From positions 23,870,001-23,934,000 of the forward strand of contig OZ210885.1 in NCBI GenBank assembly GCA_964658305.1: a DNA stretch of 64,000 nucleotides, given 5' to 3'. The translations under genes and the position numbers were made by a program. Of this stretch, positions 23,305 to 36,000 are shown piece by piece; position 1 is the first letter of the stretch; each line of letters starts with the position of its first letter. This DNA is from Leptogorgia sarmentosa. Taxonomy: Eukaryota. The notes under the pieces are model-generated. The model searched no databases and was not told where the DNA came from. It saw only the letters and a program-made list of their open reading frames with translations.

Positions 23305-24057
23305 GTGTGGAAATGCACAGCAAATGGAAATCCCGAAGAGTTGGTATTAACCATAATGGAAGAAGACTACTGGCTTACCGATGAACATATTGACCATGCA
23401 CAATGGTTATTGTCAAAACAATTCTCAGACTCAAAAGGGCTACATTCAGTTTTGGCCTTCGAAAGCAAACCCCCTAAAGTCCAGAAAGGTGACAAAGACT
23501 TTGTCCAGATACTACATGTTGGAGGAAATCATTGGGTAACAGTCACAAACATTGGGTGTCAGGAGAACAGAATTAAAGTCTTTGATTCTCTTCGTCAAAA
23601 ACTTTCAAAGAAAGAGAAACAAAAACTTTGTTCATGCTTAGCAGTGCTGCTCAACACCAGCTCATCAAATATGGTCATTGAATGGCTGTCAATGCAAAGA
23701 CAAAGTGGTGAATCCGATTGTGGCCTTTTTGCTGTGGCAATTGCAACTAGTCTTCTCAATAGAGAAGACCCAGGTTCCAAGAGCTATGACCATAGTGTCA
23801 TGAGAGGACATTTGGCTGTTTGCTTCCACTGTGAAGAATTGGCTGTATTCCCAACATCATCATCGAAATGTGTGAAGAATGATAAAAAGGAAGAGACTAT
23901 TAAGGTATTTTGCCATTGCAGAATGCCATTCAAAAATGGTGATTTCATGATTGAATGCTCTGTTTGTTTGGAATGGTTTCACCGATCTTGTGACAAGGTC
24001 CCACAAACTGTCACTGACAAAACTTTATTCCATTGTATGAACTGTAAATCAGTATAA
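23305..24057 (+). CDS. Ulp1/C48-like cysteine protease and PHD finger (C-terminal part of a transposon polyprotein)
   Basis: WLTDEHI, NHWVTV, VFDSL and QRQ..SDCGLFA give the H-D-Q-C catalytic set. PHD: FCHCRMP..MIECSVCLEWFHRSC..CMNC. Confidence 0.88.
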   Translation: MWKCTANGNPEELVLTIMEEDYWLTDEHIDHAQWLLSKQFSDSKGLHSVLAFESKPPKVQKGDKDFVQILHVGGNHWVTVTNIGCQENRIKVFDSLRQKLSKKEKQKLCSCLAVLLNTSSSNMVIEWLSMQRQSGESDCGLFAVAIATSLLNREDPGSKSYDHSVMRGHLAVCFHCEELAVFPTSSSKCVKNDKKEETIKVFCHCRMPFKNGDFMIECSVCLEWFHRSCDKVPQTVTDKTLFHCMNCKSV

Positions 24058-24473
24058 TTGTAAATAAGAGTGTAGATAAAATATATAGTTATTAAAGTAA
24101 ATTCACAGATCACAAAAATGAAAATAGAATCAATGAAACTGTGCTTCTTGAAATTTGTATAATACCTGTACCTCAGACTGAGGAGCATTCAGACCAGTCT
24201 CAATGCTGCCCAGTCTGAGTGATATCTTTTAAAAACCATAATCGGAGATACCTAGACTGGAAAGTATTCAGACCAGATTCGATACTCCCCAGTCTGGGGT
24301 TACCCCTGTTATAATTTTTAAAATGAGATAACTCAGACCAGTCTTGATACTCCCTCAATTAAAAAAATTATAACAGGAGATGCCCCAGCCTGGGGAGCAT
24401 CGAGACTGGCCTAAATGCTCCTCAGGGGCAGAGTTAATTCTCTTAAAAAAATATATCAGGAGATATCCCAGAC

Positions 24474-25771
24474 CAGGGGCGGATCCAGACCGATGCAACC
24501 GGTGCACATGCATCCGTCAAATTTGTGAAACCATACTAATGGACGCAATGAGTTTGTGATTGTCTGGGATATATTCTTAATTCCTACATATTCCCTAAAT
24601 GCAAATTGTTTACGCAAATGTAGCTTATAAATGTAGTTTTTGCGCCAAATTCAAAGCGAAAACGTATCTGTTTCCAGTATAAACTGACAAAATGCAGCGC
24701 ACAAACGATAAATTTGTGAAACGGTATCTTGGTTGTCATGCGACAGTTTATCGTCAATAAGTTCTAGACAAATATTTAGACGGCGTTTTGGCGAAACATG
24801 ATCTACATCACTGTAGATGGAAATGCATCGGTACGTCACAGTAGATTTCCAGATGCATCGCTTGTGCACCCGTCCCGAGTCCCTTTTTTGTGCGAAATCT
24901 ACTGTGACATCATGAAAACCATTGTTTTGAGGTGACGTTGCAGTAGATTTGGTCCGCTGTCCGGTGCACTGTGTGCAGATTGCTGGTGCTTGACAAACTA
25001 TGCATGGATGCGCTTATTCAGGCGAATTCCGCCGTCATGTTACAAAGGCACGACGTACGCAGGATATGCAAATGAAGTCTAGTGTTCGCACTTTGCTTCA
25101 AGAGGACAAATATCACGATATCGAAGCGGTTCGAAGGAGTAACTTGATTTGACCGGCTAAATTGTGTGTATGTGTGCTCAATCTAGCGGTTCCTTTCGCT
25201 GAGAAAACAGAAACGGACATTAATAAACTGTGCGAGGAAGTATTGTCTGCTCGGCGAATCCAAAGCGAAGCATGTTATCGAACGTCGGAACGTGATATAT
25301 TCGTGTGTAACTCAATTTTCGACGCGTCGATCGTTCAGTAGTAAGCAATTGCGAGTGAAAATTATAATAGTTCCCTAGGTCAGATCGTGAGTATATTGCT
25401 GTTTCATTTCTTGTTGATCAAGTTGAGCGCACATTGAATACAATTTCTTAATAATATATACTTTGCATTCATGTTTACATGTAAATTTAACACTTTGTCA
25501 AGGCTCTTAATAAATTAAACCTTATCACAATACAAACTTTACTGTGATTTCCCATAAAAAATTTCTACATGTGATGAGTTACTGCGTGCTTTTATGTCAT
25601 TTTTTGCCAAAAATATAGGTTTGTCAAGGCCAAATATTATGACTGAATTTGTCGTTCAGAACGCAGGAAATGGCATTTCCGGGGTTCAAATATCAAAAAT
25701 TTTGGACCCCCCTAATTTGGTGAAGGTCTTCTAATGTGCACCGGTCAAACCAAATGCTTGATCCACCTCTG
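24474..25771. mobile_element. Non-autonomous hAT element (1298 bp)
   Basis: Perfect 8-bp TSD TCCCAGAC. TIRs CAGGGGCGGATC / GATCCACCTCTG, with TGCACCGG subterminal motifs. Confidence 0.93.
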
Positions 25772-25832
25772 TCCCAGACTGGGGAGCATTCAGACCATGC
25801 AGTCTCTATACACCCCAGTCCGAGTTATCTCA

Positions 25833-26295
25833 TACTACAATAAAGGGACGACTCAGACTGACTGATACTACAATAAGGGGATGACTCAGACTGACTGATA
25901 CTACAATAAGGGGATGACTGAGACTGACTGATACTACAATAAGGGGATGACTGAGACTGACTGATACTACAATAAGGGGATGACTGAGACTGACTGATAC
26001 TGACTGATACTACAATAAGGGGATGACTCAGACTGACTAATACTACAATAAGGGGATGACTGAGACTGACTGATACTGACTGATACTACAATAAGGGGAT
26101 GACTGAGACTGACTGATACTACAATAAGGGGATGACTGAAACTGACTGATACTACAATAAGGGGATGACTGAGACTGACTGATACTGACTGATACTACAA
26201 TAAGGGGATGACTGAGACTGACTGATACTACAATATTAAGGGGATGACTGAGATTGACTAATACTACAATAAGGGGATGACGGAGACTGACTAAT
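25833..26295. repeat. 33-bp minisatellite (GACTGACTGATACTACAATAAGGGGATGACTGA), about 13 copies
   Basis: Directly visible. Three units carry an extra TGACTGATAC. Confidence 0.95.
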
Positions 26296-26599
26296 AATGC
26301 TTCACATTTTTCAAAGTTTTGTGTTAAATTACATTAAATTAATAGGAGAGACATTCTAACGGGATTACCTGATTAAAAACACAGATTTTACTTCTTTTAT
26401 GCATCGATTTTTCATGCGAAAACCAAAATATATTGAATTCGGTGCGGGAGAGGATAGTTGAGACTGGGGGAGAATTGAGCCCGCCTTACCACATGCTCAG
26501 TTATCCCCCATTATTGCACATGCGCATTAGTTACAAGGGGAGTATTCAGACTGGGGGAGCGTTGAGACCGTGACACCGGAAGTCAGTGATTGTACGCAC

Positions 26600-26818
26600 T
26601 GTGAAGAATTCATGATCGTTGGTAAACGAGTAAAAATAAAATGGTCTAAAGATGAAATTGGAGATAGTGGTTGGAGATGTGGTTGGTATACAGCGGTAAT
26701 TCAAAGTTTTTCAGAGGAAAATGACACTATTGACGTAGTATATTTTACCGAACAGGAGTGTGTTTACACTTTGTGTGTTTCCGAGTACATTGCAAAAGGG
26801 AAGCTTGTGTCAGCTTAA
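26600..26818 (+). pseudogene. Orphan C-terminal Tudor/SH3-like domain fragment
   Basis: VGKRVKIKW..GW..GWYTAVIQ..D..DVVY pattern, then a stop. The 5' part is cut off at the Ginger-like terminus. Confidence 0.45.
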
Positions 26819-26859
26819 CTCAGTGTAGTCCATAAAGTATTGGGGGCGTCATACTTCTG

Positions 26860-27099
26860 GGGCCGGTTGTACGAAGCCTGTTTAGCCTAAACGGTGGATA
26901 AGCTAAAATTTAATTAACACTCTTATAATACTTGTAAACATATGAACTTGAATTTCATGCACTAAATACGTAGTGGCAGTCATAGTTGTTCTATTCATTT
27001 TGAAATCTTTCAGTTTTGTTGTTCAGTGAATGAATAGACTTGTTTTTACTTTTCAGTTTATCCACCGTTTAGGTTAAACGGGCTTCGTACAACCAGCCC
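26860..27099. mobile_element. Harbinger-type MITE (240 bp)
   Basis: TIR GGGCyGGTTGTACGAAGCC..TAAACGGTGGATAA with CTG TSD on both sides. Confidence 0.88.
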
Positions 27100-28104
27100 C
27101 TGGTTGTAAGCTGGGTAGCGCTATCCACCAGATTGTGATTTTTTCAAACTTTCCGATTTGTTCATTTGTTAGTATAACCTAGTATAACCCAGATGAAAGT
27201 TCACTAGTTTTGGGTTAAAATTTCATTGTATTGATGTATTGATTATGACTTCCGCATCTGGGGGATAGAGTTTTTATTGAATTATGGCAATTTACAAAAA
27301 TACCTCAAAATATGGGGTTTGCAATCGATAACAAACCAAACTTGACTAGTTCTTCTCGTCGTGTGTGTAGCCATGACAGTTCTGCTGTTCTGTTGCATTT
27401 ACAATGTAAAAACTGTAGATATATATATCTTGAACATATAATCGTACATATGAATGAAAACATCGTTTCTTGCTTATAACTTATAAGCTTAAAAAAATGA
27501 ACAAATTATCGATCTGTTTTTTTTTTTTCGGGGTTTTCCTTCATCAAAACAAATCGAAATGGTTGCGTAAAAACGCACACGAATTTAGTATTCATCCGCG
27601 TTTGACGTCACAAATTTATCTATTCTTGCTGACGCCAGGTTGACGGCAGACTTATAAGACTTATAAGAGGGTCTATTCCATTGAAATATTTTGAGCTACC
27701 CCATGGAATTCTGGTTGCCACCTTTGGGGGCTCTGTGTGGAAATTCCACATTTTTTTTTAACAGGGGAGGTTGGAAATTCCGCATGTCCTCAACAGGGGG
27801 GTGCAGATAAATGATGCGATCAGCCATTGTTGTAATGCAAAATACCCTTGGTTTGTAACTCCAAATGGACGTTAACCAGCATCCTTTGCACGCTCATAGT
27901 TCATCGTTTAAGGTTTAAGGTTTTGAAAAACATCTTTCTGTGAATCAGATGTAAATATTCTTCGGTTCGTATTATACTATATTAAAGACTCTATTATTTG
28001 TAAATGCATTAGATTTTCAAAAATTATCGGCGAGTTACAAATAATACATTATAATAAAAACATTCGGTGTTTTATCTGGTTTTCGATGTTTTTAAAGTTA
28101 ATTG

Positions 28105-28190
28105 GCGTCTTCAGTGTGCTCAGTGTCTTCGGTGTGCTCGTAATCTTCAGTGTCTTCGGTGTGCTCGTTGTCTTAGGTTGCTCGGTTCGC
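28105..28190. repeat. Short degenerate tandem repeat (GTCTTCrGTGTGCTC)
   Basis: Several imperfect copies visible. Confidence 0.7.
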
Positions 28191-28711
28191 CTGTTGTTAC
28201 GTTATTGTTTAACCACTGTGAAAAAAATCTGTGGTCCCACCAAATTTGCTATAAACAGAGGAGGTTTTTGTTTCCCATTTAAACACAATATTGATGATAC
28301 AGAAGAGATTTTCTAAAAACAACGCTATCCTTTTATGCTTTTTACAACGGAACCAAAAACAAAGGTATGCTTCCAAAAACAGAGTTATGGTTTTTAGAAT
28401 AGAATAGAACGGAAGTGGGCGTTTAGCCAATCAGAATCAACCTTCCGAGAGGTGCTACAATACTCATTGTGCTGCTATATTGCATAGCTTTAGGCAACCA
28501 TTTTCTTCAGTTTCAACTTTGATTACATCGTTTTCCGCGATTCCAATTTTGACGAAACACTAGTGAATAATATTTTAAAAATTCTCTTGTGATTAATTCT
28601 CATTAATATTTATTTTATAGTGGTTAAAATCATCATAAAAATGCAAATAGGCAACTATCAACACCTAAGACACTTTTAACAAAAAAATGCCTAACAAAGC
28701 GAGAATGGATG

Positions 28712-30930
28712 CACGCCTGGCATTTTTACACACAAAAACGGTCATTTCGCCATTCACTATGACCTGCGGTTGCCTTTCAAAATATAGCGCCGGCGTTACA
28801 CGCAGTAAGCGGCACACATCATTAGCATATTTAATGAGACAAGATGGCGGCTGTCCGGAGGCGGAATTTTAGTGCAGAAGAAGTTTGGCCCATGATATTT
28901 TTAATGATGGGTCAAGAACTGCTTCTGAACGGCCACCAGATTGTTTTTCAAAGCTAAAGGAGGCCCTAACTGATATTGCTAGGGAAAAATCATGCGGCAT
29001 AAACAAACGTGAGCGAACTTGTTGATAATTGCACAAGAAATGTCAACGATGTGCTCCATGATTTAACTACCAGCTCAATTGCAAATTAAAGCAATTCTTT
29101 AATGAACAGACCCAGATTGCAAACCAAACAACTCAATTATTTTCAGCCGCGCTAGAGAAAAATCAGTCTGGGGATCGAGGAACAACCAAATACCATGTTC
29201 ATGATCATTGGAATTTAGCTGATGAACACAAGTTAAAAAATTGTTCCCCAATTTCCAGACTGGATTTCATACAACAAGGCTGCAATTCATACTGATGTGC
29301 AAGGGCAACTGGAATATTTGGATTGATATCACATGTAATAAATCCTTGCTTTATATCCATGCCATTGTATGTTAAAGTGACAGCAAAGAATAGCTTGGAA
29401 AATGTTAAAACATGAATTCAGCTTAACTCTCTTCTACATACAAGAATGATAAACTGATCTTACTTATGTTTCTCTGTGTTAATGACCTGTTTGACCAGGA
29501 AAAAAAGTTGTAGTCATTTTGCACAATATTATATATCGAGTATAGTCTATGGTATTGATCTTTCAGTACAATCAATGGAAAAGTTTAGGTATTGCAAAAG
29601 TCATGCAACTTATATATTATAGTACAATATAAAACTTAGTCAAGGATACATTATACACTAAATGGCCTTATGCTTTTTATCACAACCCCTCTAAATACAA
29701 ACAAATAATTTTTTTAATACTATTAGTTTGATTAAAGACAAGTAATTTTACACTATTAGTTGCTTTAACACTATAACTACTAGCAGTTCAATACCAATGG
29801 TCACTTTAACTTCATGTGTGCAGATGTTATGCAGTAAATTGTTCAATGAAATATTTTTTAACAAAGTGTTGCCATCAAATTGCCTGTTATTTTTTGTCTT
29901 CTAAACTGCTATGACAAGCACAATCACTCAACAAGTTATTGCAAACTGAAACATTATAACAGTATCGTTTTAGAAATACTGCAGTTTTTACTTTTTAGAA
30001 ATACTGTGGTTTTAGAAAACCTGTAGCCAAGTATAGAATATACATACTATGGCCTTGTGATTTTTACAATGACAAATAACTTTATACTGTACTAATAATT
30101 GTAATAATACTAACAACCAGCTGTAAGGTAGGCTAGCATTGTCAAAGTTACCAACTTAGCAATAACTTATACACATATGTTTAATTTGTGTATTGAATTG
30201 TTGACCCAAGTATACAACATACAAAAAATGGCCTAGTGATTTTATCATGGCAAAATAATTTTACACTAATAGTTGTTTTACGTGTGTAGGCTAGCAATAT
30301 CAATGGTCACCAACTTTGCTAAAACAACTAACTTATATACACATGTTTCATTTGTGCATTGAAGTGTTAAAAAACACGTATTCTATTCTTTATTCGTCTC
30401 AACCTTAGCGATCCAGCCTAGCCTTTTTTGGTGCATATATTCTCCAACATTGAATCAACTATAATTTGTGGCCTTTCTAAAAGGCATTTTATTTATTGTC
30501 CTAAGACATTTTCCATGAAACAAAAAACATACAAACTTCAATAGGACTTTTTTACTTTGATGTTCACCAAAAATGAAACAAAAAGAAGTTAAAACTAACG
30601 AGCCTATACAAGACGAAGTTGATACATTTTCACAACTTTAACGAAACGACGCCTTTTCGCTCGTATGCCTCGAACAAGAAGGGCGCCAGAGGAATTGTTT
30701 TGATGGTTTCCATGGCAATGTTGATATCATTTTCATTCGCAAGAGTCCCTCTATTTACCTATATATCTCAAATTACCCCCCGAAAAACGCGCAAAGAAAA
30801 TTTCCACGTGCAAATGAAAGAATTTTTCAATTTCCAAATTCGCCACCAGTCTCCTGAAAATCTCATGCGCCAATGATAAATATTTTCTCAATCTCAATGA
30901 CCGTTTTCGTGTGCAAAAATGCCAGGCGTG
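28712..30930. mobile_element. Non-autonomous TIR transposon with 7-bp TSD (P-element-like)
   Basis: ~35-bp TIRs CACGCCTGGCATTTTT.CACAC.AAAACGGTCATT, flanked on both sides by ATGGATG. CA..TG ends and no coding capacity. The boundaries are solid; the superfamily is inferred. Confidence 0.8.
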
Positions 30931-31239
30931 ATGGATGACTAATCAAATGCTATTTAAAAGATTGAAAGAGCATACCTTTTTCTCTTCGTAGGAAGCCATC
31001 TTGAAAAGTTGTCTTTTATTAAATCGGCAAATCGCGCCAGCTCAGATCGCGCGCAGGCAAGTACGGGCAAAGCCTGGACATAGAACAGTAGACTTCAAAC
31101 ATCTGCACCACTGGGGAACTTTGTGACTTCAAAAAATTACAATGTGTTAAATTTCCACTCAATACCCGGCCCCTCCCCCCTCGGGATAAACATTGATAGG
31201 TGCATAATAGTGGAAAAAGTTACATATAGAAAGATGACT

Positions 31240-33040
31240 AATCTGAAGTTGGTATAATAATGAAATGTGTTCAGGAATCTCTTGCTCAACACAACCTTTT
31301 GCAATGCACTGTGTGGTTTACTGTTTTTCTTCAACCAAGGTTTTTGTCTTTCTTTATTTAATTCACTGTGACTACATTTTCCAGTACTTTTACCATCGTC
31401 TAATGCCCATTCATGATCATTCACAACATGATGAAGCACTCCTCTCCACAAATCCTACAAAATTATTCATTTACTCATACAAGTAGTAATAGGCAGCAGC
31501 TTGTCATGCAGTATTTTAGATAAAAAAGGCTTTGACTAATGCTTCACCAAAATTATTTATCCCAAAGTGCTATGGCATCAGTAAACACACAGCATTAATG
31601 ATTGTACATACCAAAAATGGTTTTTTACAGCTCCTGCCCATTGGGCCAGATCTGCATTTCCTTTTTGTTTAGCAATCTAATCAAAGAAAAAATACAATGT
31701 TATTTCCAAAGATTGACATTTTAACATAGACTCAGTACCAAACAGCACTCATTGAATACTGGTAAAATTAGTTGTATAAGACAGCATAAAGACAGCATCA
31801 CATTAAAGTACTTTTTTCCAATCATATACAGAAAATAAAATATTCAATTTTGCAAAACAATAACATAATACCAGTACTCAAACGAAAAGCAACTTTTGCT
31901 ACCATATTGGATTGCAGTACACACACTGTGTAGTACATAACATTGTATGGCACATGTACATAGAAATGATAAAACTTACATTTGTGACCTTTTTCCAATA
32001 GACTTTCCACCATGCCAAACATCTTGCCGATGCACAAAGCCAACATACTTATCATAGTGACCTATAATGTATATTCATTTATATTTTATGATACTGTATT
32101 CTCTCTATTTATCACCCCCCCCCCCCCCCCTTTTTTGAGTGGAAAAAATAAAATAACCGGCACTCTCTAATAAGCCCCCCTCTCCAATGAGCACACCAAT
32201 GAAATGAATAAGCCCCTCCGGGGAGGGAGAAGCTAAATAGAGAGAATATGGTATGTGTATAAGCCCTGACACAGACTTGTGAATGACAAAATGGATGATA
32301 GGCAAGAAAGATATAGAATTAATTAAGGACTCGCTCATTAAAGCTGCAATTCCACTATGACCATCAGTAATGACCTCCTTAATGATGATTTCAGTCCCCA
32401 ATAAGGCATCCATGCCACACTGGAAACCAATAGTTTCCATGTTGGTGCTTTTCCTGCCAGCTACCTCACGAACATCCAGAACATTCTGCTGCAATATCAC
32501 CTTGTCAACTGTCAACCATATCTGCAATTGTGTATGTGCAATATTGTGCACAATGCCCTGGGGAATCATTCCTACCATCTGAACTGAGCAGAATTTCTTT
32601 ATTTTGTCCCTCATCTAGCAATGTTTGCCTCATTGTATCCCAATAGCTCTGCATAGCTGGTGCAACATAAAGTCCTTGGTGCTCATAAAATAGGCTCTTG
32701 GAAATAACTTAAGATTCAGGAACTTAAAAAATAGTGCAGTTTGGGTGAAGGAATTTCCAGATAATAATAAACATGATGATAACAATAGGTTCCCAGCATG
32801 CATTCTATTAGTAAGAGGTTGAGCTGACCAGCTTCCTCCAAAATGGCCTGAAGAACACTTCCATGTTACCACAAGACAGCTACCAACATACGTTTTAATG
32901 TATTCCCAGTGTTTTGGGCATTCCGATCTGTTACAATTAGCACCATGCAATGTTTGCAACAGTTCAAGAATGCGATCTGTAAACACTATACACTTCTCCA
33001 TTTGCATAGGCTGCAAATGTGGGATATCTGTGGGTACATT
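31240..33040 (-). pseudogene. Kolobok-type DDE transposase, spliced and decayed; probable upstream acidic exons at 38510-39075
   Basis: WSAQP..AGNLLLSS..LLSGN, DGRNDSPGHCAQYC (alternate frame), DVREV..STNME, ITDGH, DVWHG, W.GVLHHVVNDHEW..C.H and YYTNFR. Confidence 0.8.
32094..32251. mobile_element. Mariner/pogo-type MITE in a Kolobok intron
   Basis: CTGTATTCTCTCTATTTA / TAAATAGAGAGAATATGG inverted ends with TA flanks. Confidence 0.75.
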
Positions 33041-33042
33041 AG

Positions 33043-36000
33043 TAGGCCGTTTGCTATGACCTGAATTTGTGCCTAAAAATTGATTTTCATTTCACCCGTC
33101 TGGGAACTGAAAAAAATGTTCAAAACTTACTATTTCTTTATGTGCTGAATTCGAATCATAAAAGTTCCTGCTCCTACCGCCTGCAGTTTTCTTGAAAAAT
33201 CCATTTCAACTGTCACTCATTTCGAATCTGTTGAAAACAATGCCGCCATTTTGAAATCACAATAAAGTTATTTACCATCGTTCAGGATGCGGATTTAGTC
33301 AATCCCAGTCTACTCATTTGTGCATGTGCTGCCTTTTGGGAGATGGGCTTCGAACTAGATAAATAGAAAGATATTTTTAGCTCATACCTGAACACGCATT
33401 TATGGTATTGCATGACTATTTATCATTCTCACTTGATGAACAGTCATCATAGAAATCATCCGAGTCACTTTGCACAGCAATATCACGATTCTGGCTTTTG
33501 TTTTCGCACGCAGTCGTGCATGCGCATAAATCGCTACATTTCAAGCTGGACTTGACACACGAGCAACGAGCATCTTCTACTGTCGCACCCTTTTTTGCAT
33601 TTGCAGTTTATAAACTCCAGTATTGAATCGGGGACTGCATGTAATGTCATCCAGTTAACCAAAATGTTGTCTTCTTCGTTAAGTTTCCACCTGTGGTTGC
33701 AATAAGATGGCAAATTTAGAACTGCTTGCGTTGACCTCCGCCATATGTAACACTGAAAGTTTGCTCTGCTTATGTGCTGGTCGAGCGAGTCTTCGTTGAG
33801 TGGTAGCAACTCCTCATCAAACTTTCCACTTTTGAACATCTCAAAGCACACACGATTGGTGTCTGAGTATCTTCAAATCCGTACAAATGACAAACGAAAT
33901 GGTACAACTGTTTCTTAAGTTTCGCAGATGGGATTGTTTCGGTACCTAAATTGCTGAAAGTTCCCACATATTTTTCCTTCACCTTGGCAATTTTCCACAC
34001 TGACAATTTTCCTTTGCCATAGAAAGAGCTCGTGGTGTCACAACCTTAAAAATGTTAATGAAAATATTGATATATTATTGATTAGTATAATGAGCAAATG
34101 ATATTTACGAACCCTGAATGCATGTAGACCTATGAGTGTGCAACACCACTGGTATCCAAGGGGCTCTCTGGTACTGCTCAGTGAAATGATTCTACGTGCA
34201 GTCCCAACGCCAGTTTCGAACAACAAGTTGGCATGAATTTCTAAACTTGCATTTAGTGCAATCACGAACACATCTGTGTCTGGACTCTTGATCAAGATAT
34301 TTCTGTAAAACAGGGAAGCATGGTTAGTGTGAACTAACATCCTGGATCGGCCTTCCTCCAAGAATGATAAATGAATTCTATCAGCTGCTCTTTATTTTCA
34401 CCACTGGACAAAAATTTTTTCCATTGCCGAGGGACTTTCTGATGCTCACTGTAAATATTTATTAATTGAACACCGTCAATTGCCCGTCGATCTCTCTCAA
34501 GGTTTTTGATACTTTGACGCGAATAACGGTCACAAACGAAATCGACACGCTTACAATGGCAACTAACAGCAATTTTTATGACTTTAATTAACAAATGGTT
34601 TGCTAATTCACCAAATTTCTCAGGCAACATTGTCAATGTTTGAATGATGGCCATAGCATCAAGGATACATGCACTGTCCTCGAGTGGAGGATCAGAAACC
34701 AGGGAGCTTCGAGCTTTTACTTCAATGGCGTGAACCAACTTTGATTTTGGTGTTTTTACGAGATCTCCTTCACTGGTTGCAAGAGAGCAGGGAAATGGCC
34801 TGAGAGAATATTTAAAGATATCATCCAGTTGAAGATTTCGAGTTTTCGCTATGAGTAGCATTTTTACAAATAACGTTTTTGAGTTTTTCATGGCAACAAG
34901 TTGTCCTTTACTGCCTTTATTTGTCACTTTCTTTCCCAATGATGAAAATGTTCGCAAGTTGGTCTTGTTGATAGTTGAATATATATTTGGTTCTTCCCAT
35001 ATAATGCGAGTCTCTATAAAACTGGCGGATGCGGTGTTTCCTTTCTCGAACATTTTCTTCATGTCTTCTTCGACAGCAGGGGAAGCAACAAATCCACTCG
35101 CTATATGCACCAATTTTTCGTGATCATTTGCAAAGGGATTAATCATCGACTTAATAATATTGATCACATCTTTAACTGCTTTCTCATCTGCTTCGTTTCG
35201 AGCCTTATCCAAGTCTTTTCTACTCCTGCAAGGAAATACTAGCTAGTTGCAATCATGCCCATTAAAGTTGAAGTAAAATATAGATTGATAGTGATAGAGT
35301 GCCGTTCAACTTCAGGTATGCAAGCCATAGCCTCACACTGCCTTGTTATCGCACTTCTTTCCACCTGTCCCATCAACCAGCGATGGACTGAGCTTTTATT
35401 CAGCGTTATTCCTAACAGGCCGCCTTCATTTTAGAATCCCTATAAAGACAAGCTTGTCATATTACTACGGAATTCAAATAACAGTAGGACTTTGCACTGT
35501 TATTTCATTATATTGCACAGTATGGATGCTAAACAAACCTGTTTAAAGTCTGCTTGATTGTCTGGTCGCATGCCACAGCGGAGAATGGATACAGTCCTTG
35601 TCTTTGTACCGTCGAGTTGCTTGAAATGTTCTTGGCAACGTCTAATAAAATGAATGAAAATTGTAAAAACTAAATACAATAAGTAATAAATCGAGTTAAG
35701 TTTGATAAAGTAAGTGACCAAAACGACAATAAATAATAAATCGAGTTAAGTTTGATGAAGTAAGTTACCAAAGCCAAGGTTGTACGTACATGGATTTGTT
35801 TGTTCTAGGCACATCATTTCCATCCAGTAACAGGGTGCGTAGCGTGAATAATTCACGTGATCGGTTGCGAAAAACCAAGGTATCATCGATCTCAGAGTAC
35901 TTAGGTGAAGACTCCAGTCCGTAGTCCGTGTAGCTCGTATGTGTAGCAATAACAACTGGACCATTTCGATGTATTTCGACCAGAAAGCAAACAGGGGATT

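Larger units (their letters stand above)
23265..26575 (+). mobile_element. Ginger1-like DNA transposon, 3' half
   Basis: Ulp1+PHD cargo, many AGACTGGGGAG subterminal repeats in both orientations, and a terminus ..GTGACA followed by CCGG, the preferred Ginger1 target. Integrase and 5' end are absent. Confidence 0.7.

Noticed and set aside
23305..24057. Host SENP gene
   Set aside because: It is intronless, 5'-truncated and followed by transposon-type subterminal repeats and a terminus.
25833..26295. CRISPR-like array
   Set aside because: The units are head-to-tail with no unique spacers, there are no cas genes, and the context is eukaryotic.
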